Assembly: GCA_963817525.1 (NCBI GenBank)
Contig: CAWFOU010000007.1
Coordinates: 1,184,001-1,248,000 of the forward strand
DNA from: an uncultured archaeon
Lineage (GTDB): Archaea > Thermoproteota > Nitrososphaeria > Nitrososphaerales > Gagatemarchaeaceae
Direction: 5' to 3'
DNA length: 64,000 nt
Part shown: positions 58,449 through 64,000 of the stretch, one piece after another
How positions within the stretch are numbered: position 1 is the first letter of the stretch
Layout: the number at the start of each line of letters is the position of its first letter
Notes under the pieces: model-generated
Told to the model about the DNA's origin: nothing
Seen by the model: the letters and a program-made list of their open reading frames with translations, nothing else
Database searches by the model: none
Made by a program: the position numbers and the translations under genes

Positions 58449-59014
58449 GGCTCGGCCGACGAAAGGGATTTGAAAGCGATGGAGGGGTCGAAGCCGCAGC
58501 GAGCCCGAGCAACCGCCGGCTCCTGGTTCAAAGAAGTCTACTCGAGAAGACACATCGCGTTTTCTTCGACTATTGGCTCAAAGGATTCGAGGGGGTCGCC
58601 TATTGGCATGGAATGGAGAATGATCGTGAGGCGACCGATATCGCACTTGCATTGGTGGTTCCCGAGTCCAAAAACACGCTCGGAAACTTCGAAGTCACGA
58701 CTGAAGAGACTACGAGGATGGGTCACCTCATGGCCAAGAAAGGTCTTGTTTGTCTTGCTCAAGTCCACACGCATCCGGGCATGCTCCTGAGTCAGTCCAA
58801 GTATGACGAACAACACGCCCTAAGCCGGAGGGACGGCTTTCTGTCCTTGATAGTTCCAGAGTATGGCAACGTCTCTCTCTATGACTTGGAAAACGTGAGC
58901 GTTCACGAGAGTTGGGCCGGGAGCTGGGTGTCTCTTGACAAAATTGCCAAAGGCAAGAGGGTTCAGATTGTTGACGACTTTCTTGATTTGAGGTTGAAGA
59001 GTCTCGTCTATTGA
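58445..59014 (+). CDS. JAB/JAMM metallopeptidase (BilC-like)
   Basis: E...QVHTHP......S.YD motif; LSLIVP; ATGA overlap with the upstream gene. Confidence 0.92.
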   Translation: MRLGRRKGFESDGGVEAAASPSNRRLLVQRSLLEKTHRVFFDYWLKGFEGVAYWHGMENDREATDIALALVVPESKNTLGNFEVTTEETTRMGHLMAKKGLVCLAQVHTHPGMLLSQSKYDEQHALSRRDGFLSLIVPEYGNVSLYDLENVSVHESWAGSWVSLDKIAKGKRVQIVDDFLDLRLKSLVY

Positions 59015-59060
59015 TGGGCAGGGACAGGAGAGACATCTTCTCCCTGAACTGAAGGATAAG

Positions 59061-60575
59061 TTGTCGACTGATAATCTCAACTGCACGCTTGGAATAAAGG
59101 TCTCCAAGGACGTTGCCGTGAAAAGAGAAGCCCAGCTAGTTCTGTGGATGTTGGTGAACCTCACAGCGAGGATGACCAAGACGGTCAGTCGAATTGAGCT
59201 GTCAATACCTCGTGGCGTGAGGCTTAACGAGTCGGTCATCCCTTTCCGCGTCGGTAAAGGGATGCTAGACGAGGCCGTAGCAGTGGCTGCCAACGAATGC
59301 GCCCGAGAGTGCAAGGTTGTACTCGCTGAAGGTGCTGAGTTATCAAGATCAATTGGAACTATTCTGATCGGACCTGACGTCGAGTCTAGCAACGAGACGG
59401 AGTTTGCAATCAGAGTCTCTTGTGATGGATGGCTAGCTTATGTTGGAGATGCTTCGAGAAAGCCGAAAATCTACCCAAGCGACAATGGCAATCCATTCGG
59501 GGCCTTCACCGCAGCCTGCGTAGCCGCCGCTGATGCCTTCAAGCATTTCACCCGAATGAAACCAGGGGCAGGGTCGTTCGCAACCGACATTTCTTTGTCT
59601 GCATATACGCTCGACAGGACTAATGGTGGCTCAGATTCTGACAATCCCGCAATCCCAGACGCGCTAGACCTCGGAAGGGTCGACGTCATCGGTTGCGGCG
59701 CAGTTGGGAATGCCTTCTGCCACTGCCTGTTCGCGATGGATGGAATTTCCGGCAAGATGTCATTGATAGATAGGACCGTCAACGAGTTTGGAGAGGCTGA
59801 AACCGTGGATACGACCAATCTCGACCGATACGTCATGCTCGCGAGAGAAGACCTTGGAAAAGCGAAGGCGTCCGCGCTCAAGGAAAAGCTAGCCTCTGTT
59901 GGGAGAATCGAGGTGTCGACCTATGACCTGGGGTTTGAGAAATATACGGCAGAGACGCGAGACCCGATCTCTGACGCGATCTCCTGCGTCGATAATAATG
60001 GAGCTAGACACGCGATTCAAGACCAGCTACCTCGAGTCATTTACGGTGCGAGTACGTATCTCATGACCGCTCAACTGTCGCTTTACGACCTCCGTATCGG
60101 CACGCCGTGCCTCAAGTGCTACAACGACCTCAGCGCTGCGGTTCCTCCTGACGACGAGATTGCGGGTCGTCTGCGCGAAATGAACGAGGAAGAGAGGCTA
60201 GCCGAAGCACGAAAGGTGGGGGTGAACCCCTTGAACCTCTCGAGGTTCTTGCGCAACCCACAATGCGGTGTTCTGGATAACTTTTCGATCCAAAAGTTCG
60301 CAGGTCTATCGCATCAGCACGAATGGGCTGTGAGTTTTGTTTCTGCCATGGCCGGAATCACGCTTTCGTCTGAACTCTATAGGAGCCACGCGTCGAAAGG
60401 AAATCCGTCGATTCAGCCCGCTCTTGACGGAAGGGACAGTACTGACCTCTACTTCAATTTCTGGAACAACAACTACATCTCATTGAAAACTCAACCTCGG
60501 TCGTCATGCTGGTGCCAGGGCAATGGAGTGAAGCCGAGATTGGTTCATTCGGCATTGTGGCCGGCAGTGGCCTAA
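59061..60575 (+). CDS. E1-like activating enzyme with inactive and active adenylation domains (BilD-like)
   Basis: N-terminal domain ending NPFGAF.AAC.AA...FK; VIGCGAVG, TNL.RY, KA, CVDN..AR, CLKC, QCG, CWC. Confidence 0.9.
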   Translation: MSTDNLNCTLGIKVSKDVAVKREAQLVLWMLVNLTARMTKTVSRIELSIPRGVRLNESVIPFRVGKGMLDEAVAVAANECARECKVVLAEGAELSRSIGTILIGPDVESSNETEFAIRVSCDGWLAYVGDASRKPKIYPSDNGNPFGAFTAACVAAADAFKHFTRMKPGAGSFATDISLSAYTLDRTNGGSDSDNPAIPDALDLGRVDVIGCGAVGNAFCHCLFAMDGISGKMSLIDRTVNEFGEAETVDTTNLDRYVMLAREDLGKAKASALKEKLASVGRIEVSTYDLGFEKYTAETRDPISDAISCVDNNGARHAIQDQLPRVIYGASTYLMTAQLSLYDLRIGTPCLKCYNDLSAAVPPDDEIAGRLREMNEEERLAEARKVGVNPLNLSRFLRNPQCGVLDNFSIQKFAGLSHQHEWAVSFVSAMAGITLSSELYRSHASKGNPSIQPALDGRDSTDLYFNFWNNNYISLKTQPRSSCWCQGNGVKPRLVHSALWPAVA

Positions 60576-60707
60576 TGCATGCTCGCGATGAGAATTAGGA
60601 GGCTGAGATTTGTAAGGTGTCGCAGGAAGGCAATCGTGGCTCTACGCGGGCCGTCGCATCTCGAATAGGCTGAAGTACGCAGAAGTGGTCGCTTTGAGAA
60701 GAACTTG

Positions 60708-61220
60708 TCATGCGCCTTGTTTGGGAAAGCGAATCTTCAATATGTTGCCCTTGACATCTATCTCAAGCTTACCAGTTCGAAGTACTTCGTAGGCGCCCGA
60801 GAGATAGCTCTTCAGAAATAGAGACCATTTCTCACCATATCTGTGACGGAGTGTTATCCGTTCAGAACTCTCGGTCACGCCGCCCTCGACAGTGAACCAA
60901 CTCCCTTCTTTTCCAAGTATTTTGGTCAGGAACTGGATGAATGTTATCTGGACATCAACGCTTTCGAGCAGCTCCCTGGCCAAAGAGAAGTTCTTTTTCC
61001 CTAGGGCGAATCCGTCTATCTCTAGGGAGTCCGGGTTCGACGTGCTGAGAATCGAGGCGAAAGTTTCCTCGCCAAGTTTAATCCCATTAAAGGCAGGGAT
61101 CAGCGGATCAATCAACAACGCGCTGGTCAAGACCTGCGCGACATACGTGTTTTCGCTAACCTGCAGTCGCCGCGCGACTCGTCTAAGACTGAGAATCAGA
61201 TCGGCTTCGAGTCGGAAGGC
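60708..61220 (-). pseudogene. 5'-truncated paralog of 51609-52150
   Basis: AFRLEADLILSL.R.ARRL..S.N.YV aligns to the paralog up to 61220, where IS66 sequence begins. Confidence 0.75.
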
Positions 61221-61728
61221 TGCAGGTGCTGCGACAGGCAGGTCTCACCACCCATACCCAACGTAATCGGCGGAAGGGAAGAATGAGAGGTTCGGGCTGC
61301 GGCTGATGCTCCTCGTCGTCTCGCTGAAGATGCTCGGCGCGTCCTACGAGAGGATAGGCTCTCTGTTGAAGCTCCTCTTCGGCCTCGACCTCACCGAAGG
61401 GGCGATGATCCACTGCGTGATGGCGGTTGCCGAGGCCTTCGGCCCGAGGTACGATGAGCTGAAGCGAGACCTGGTCAAGGAGGCGAGCATCCACGGCGAC
61501 GAGACATCCTGGAGGATCAAGGGGAAGAACCACTGGCTCTGAGCGTTCCTGGGCAGGTGGTCCGTCGTGTACGAGGTGGCGAGATCGCGAGGCAAGGACG
61601 TGCCCAAGAAGGTGCTGGGCGACTACCGCGGGATCGTCACGAGCGACTCGTGGGGAGCGTGGAACTACATCGGCGAGAAGTGGCAGCGCTGCCTAGTCCA
61701 CTATCTGCGAGAGCTGAAGGACACATGA
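61221..61728 (+). pseudogene. IS66-family transposase fragment
   Basis: RFGLRL, IHGDETSW, HWL*AF (in-frame TGA), SRG..V, SD.W.AW, QRCLVHYLR; host-like GC. Confidence 0.88.
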
Positions 61729-62033
61729 CCTTGATTTTAGTATGGGCACCACCAACCATTTCCATTAAAAAAACAGAACAATATTAGTGAAACCTCTATT
61801 TAGACCTGCATTCCAGAATTCTAGAAATCGGGAACTTGAATCATGATTTGGTGAATTAATGCAGGTTAAGTGTGGTCTCGGGCCGATAGAATCTAAGCAC
61901 ATCATTCCAACCATTTGCAGATGCTTTGGGTCGTCACTCAAGTTACCATCTTCTAGAACTTTTTTCCAGCTGTTGCTTCCGTATTACACTGTAAGCCACA
62001 GGCGTATATATCTCCGCAGCCCTGATCGGTATC

Positions 62034-62792
62034 ATGCGGGTCAGAACCGAGATAAAGCCAATATATGTTCGCGTGGGCGTCCCCGTCGCACTCGGTTTCC
62101 TCCTTCTTCTTGTCAGATTGCCCGCAGCGAGCGCTTGGCAGTTGGGATGGTCGACAACCGATTCCAATTACGAATACGGAGTCGGGGCTTATCAGGAGGT
62201 CACCGGATCAATTCCACAAGCAGCCCCTGATTACGTTGCAGCAGTGACGGGATTCACGGAATACGACACAAGTTGTTGGCAAACGATTGGGGAAGGTTCT
62301 GCCGATAGCGGTAGCGACGTCTATAATGCGGGCGAGCCCTGCTCGGGGGGAGTGAGAATCTGCGGCGGTGGCACTAGTTACAGCGGTCCCAGCTTGGGAA
62401 GCTCCTATTTCAATAACATCTATTGGGATTCCGCGAACGACCGTTGGCAGTGGGTGGCTGCAGCATGCTCGAATCATAGCGTCACTTGGGCTCCTGGATA
62501 TACTACCGACACCGTTAATGACGCTGGGTCTGTGGATATGATGGAGTCCACGGACAGCGCGCACAACGACTTCACCAGCGATAAAGCGACAGTTGACTTC
62601 GTACCTTCACTCGCGTACATGAACTCAGGTGGAACCTGGGTTTGGAGTTCCGCTACAGTGACCTACACCAACAGCCCGCCAACGTCGCTCGGAGTTTCGT
62701 ATGACTGCAACGATCCTAATGACATCTACATCTCCTCTAGTGGAAGTTGGAACGAATCAGCGTGGGCAGGCGGTTGGGCTGCTTGCAGTTGA
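62034..62792 (+). CDS. Secreted Ser/Gly/Trp/Cys-rich protein, possibly glutamic-peptidase-like (module 5 'B')
   Basis: TATATAT box; signal peptide ending ASA|W; WQ..G and MESTD...DF similar to 37246. Confidence 0.8.
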   Translation: MRVRTEIKPIYVRVGVPVALGFLLLLVRLPAASAWQLGWSTTDSNYEYGVGAYQEVTGSIPQAAPDYVAAVTGFTEYDTSCWQTIGEGSADSGSDVYNAGEPCSGGVRICGGGTSYSGPSLGSSYFNNIYWDSANDRWQWVAAACSNHSVTWAPGYTTDTVNDAGSVDMMESTDSAHNDFTSDKATVDFVPSLAYMNSGGTWVWSSATVTYTNSPPTSLGVSYDCNDPNDIYISSSGSWNESAWAGGWAACS

Positions 62793-62814
62793 CACTTTAT
62801 AAAAAGTGATAGCG

Positions 62815-63450
62815 ATGATGAGAAAGAGAACGCCGGTTGTTCTGTCTGTCCTTCTGATCTTGGTGGCGACTGGAGCCGTTTCCAGTTACGCCGCGATTAG
62901 CCATACCGCGTCTACGACGGCCTCGGCAAACTCCACCAGCGGATATCCAAGAACTGCATCAGGAGGCTGGAGTCTGAACTTCGTGGGGACGGACCCAACC
63001 CCTGCTGGATGTACTGATCTGGTGCGGACCACCTTCATCCAAGGCTACTCTTTGAAGACATACGTCTCATCTAACGCTGTGACGACCGGAGGGTTAGTCT
63101 GCATTGATATCGTCCTCCAAAACGTGAATGGCACAGTCGTTACGTGGGGGACATCGGATTTGTTCAGGTCCATAGGTTACAACTTGACGGACTCGTCGGG
63201 ACGCGTGGTGGACTCGTTCTACTGCCAGCCGACAGTGCCTCCGCCGGGCCAAGGTCCTGGGGCTGATGTTCCTCGCACTACAACCTTCTGTGCTGCCATC
63301 TGGGATACAAGTGCGCCTAACGCTTCGGGCATCCCTCCGCAACCCGGAACCTATCACATCACTGCTTCTGCAGCCTATCCTGGTATTGCTGGACCTAACT
63401 CTACCGCAACTGCCCAGTCCACTGTCAGCGTCGCTGTTCTTCTTCAATAG
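62815..63450 (+). CDS. Secreted Ig-like protein (BsuPI/FlgD-Ig-like C-terminal motif)
   Basis: Signal peptide; DSSGRVV and WDT....G..PQPGTYHITA. Confidence 0.78.
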   Translation: MMRKRTPVVLSVLLILVATGAVSSYAAISHTASTTASANSTSGYPRTASGGWSLNFVGTDPTPAGCTDLVRTTFIQGYSLKTYVSSNAVTTGGLVCIDIVLQNVNGTVVTWGTSDLFRSIGYNLTDSSGRVVDSFYCQPTVPPPGQGPGADVPRTTTFCAAIWDTSAPNASGIPPQPGTYHITASAAYPGIAGPNSTATAQSTVSVAVLLQ

Positions 63451-63512
63451 GAGAGAAATGGCGGAGCCTGGTCTTCCAGCGTGCGGATTATTGATAGTCA
63501 AGTTCGCCGAGT

Positions 63513-64000
63513 TCAGGCCGAAGCACCTTGCCTTCTGTTGGTAGCCTCCAGTCTCCTGATTCGCAATCTTCTCCAGGATACTTCCGTCGAGAGCACCAAG
63601 AAGGTGCTTAGCGACAAAATTGCTGCTTCTTGCTCTGTCGGTGTGGCGGAGTAGAGAAGAACGATATGGTGAAGGCCCGAAGAAACGTGGATGACCGGCA
63701 AGCCAGGCGGGGAAAGGAGGATGGGAACAGAGCTCCCATTGTCCTCTGCAACCCAGCCTGCAGAGTAGGAATTCGAGACAAGGACGTAAGACGACTGGTT
63801 GACATCCATATCAAACGAAATCCTCGTCTCTCCCCAGCTCAGGTTGGAGAGTGAGTAATTCTCTTGGGTCGTCGGAGCGGTGGGTATCGGCTCGTTGCAG
63901 TTCACGTCTTGGGAAGAGCTGAACTGGCTGTTCGGCATCGACCCGGTCACGTAGACCAGCTGGGAGCCGGGAACCTGGTAGATGTCGACCTCGGCGTTTA
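63513..64000 (-). CDS. C-terminus of a YfhO-like membrane protein (partial)
   Basis: YVLVSNSYSAGW.A...V..G.H.IVL.Y plus a terminal TM; runs off the window. Confidence 0.7.
   Translation of the reverse strand, partial: NAEVDIYQVPGSQLVYVTGSMPNSQFSSSQDVNCNEPIPTAPTTQENYSLSNLSWGETRISFDMDVNQSSYVLVSNSYSAGWVAEDNGSSVPILLSPPGLPVIHVSSGLHHIVLLYSATPTEQEAAILSLSTFLVLSTEVSWRRLRIRRLEATNRRQGASA

Larger units (their letters stand above)
36113..64000. mobile_element. tRNA-anchored accessory/genomic island (mosaic, continues beyond the window)
   Basis: Abrupt fall in GC and GC3 right after the tRNA; orphan genes, IS elements, pseudogenes, tRNA-end fragments; no integrase within the window. Confidence 0.8.

Noticed and set aside
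1-64000. CRISPR array or cas genes
   Set aside because: No regularly spaced repeats or cas motifs seen
36113-64000. Provirus or conjugative element as the identity of the island
   Set aside because: No integrase, capsid, packaging ATPase, replication or conjugation genes in the window

Overview
Archaeal chromosome segment. The EF-2, Cdc6, RFC-L, tRNA endonuclease, DGGGP synthase and PAC2 genes point to a high-GC TACK archaeon, probably Nitrososphaerota-related (inference). Positions 1-36.1 kb are mostly GC-rich housekeeping genes (aEF-2, ppsA, AmmeMemoRadiSam trio, cdc6, rfcL, endA, mtnA). They include two endonuclease-bearing inteins, a TnpB omega-RNA-like IS605 end with no tnpB gene, degenerate copies of the EF-2 3' end flanking two downstream genes, and an EF-2 5' part with foreign codon usage. 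After tRNA-Arg(UCG) at 36.1 kb a lower-GC accessory island runs to the end of the window. It carries a four-gene Ubl-E2-JAB-E1 (BilABCD-like) operon, a second multi-ubiquitin/E2-E1/DUF6527-like operon, a membrane-anchored Schlafen/AlbA_2 protein, a small GIY-YIG-like protein, an IS5 element, an IS66 fragment and tRNA-3'-end att-like remnants. It also carries five repeated modules made of a secreted Ig-like 'A' protein and a divergent Cys/Ser/Gly/Tyr-rich secreted 'B' protein, four of them with an adjacent unrelated membrane protein; this is a candidate undescribed polymorphic secreted (antagonism/immunity-like) system. All family assignments come from reading motifs by eye; no database searches were run.
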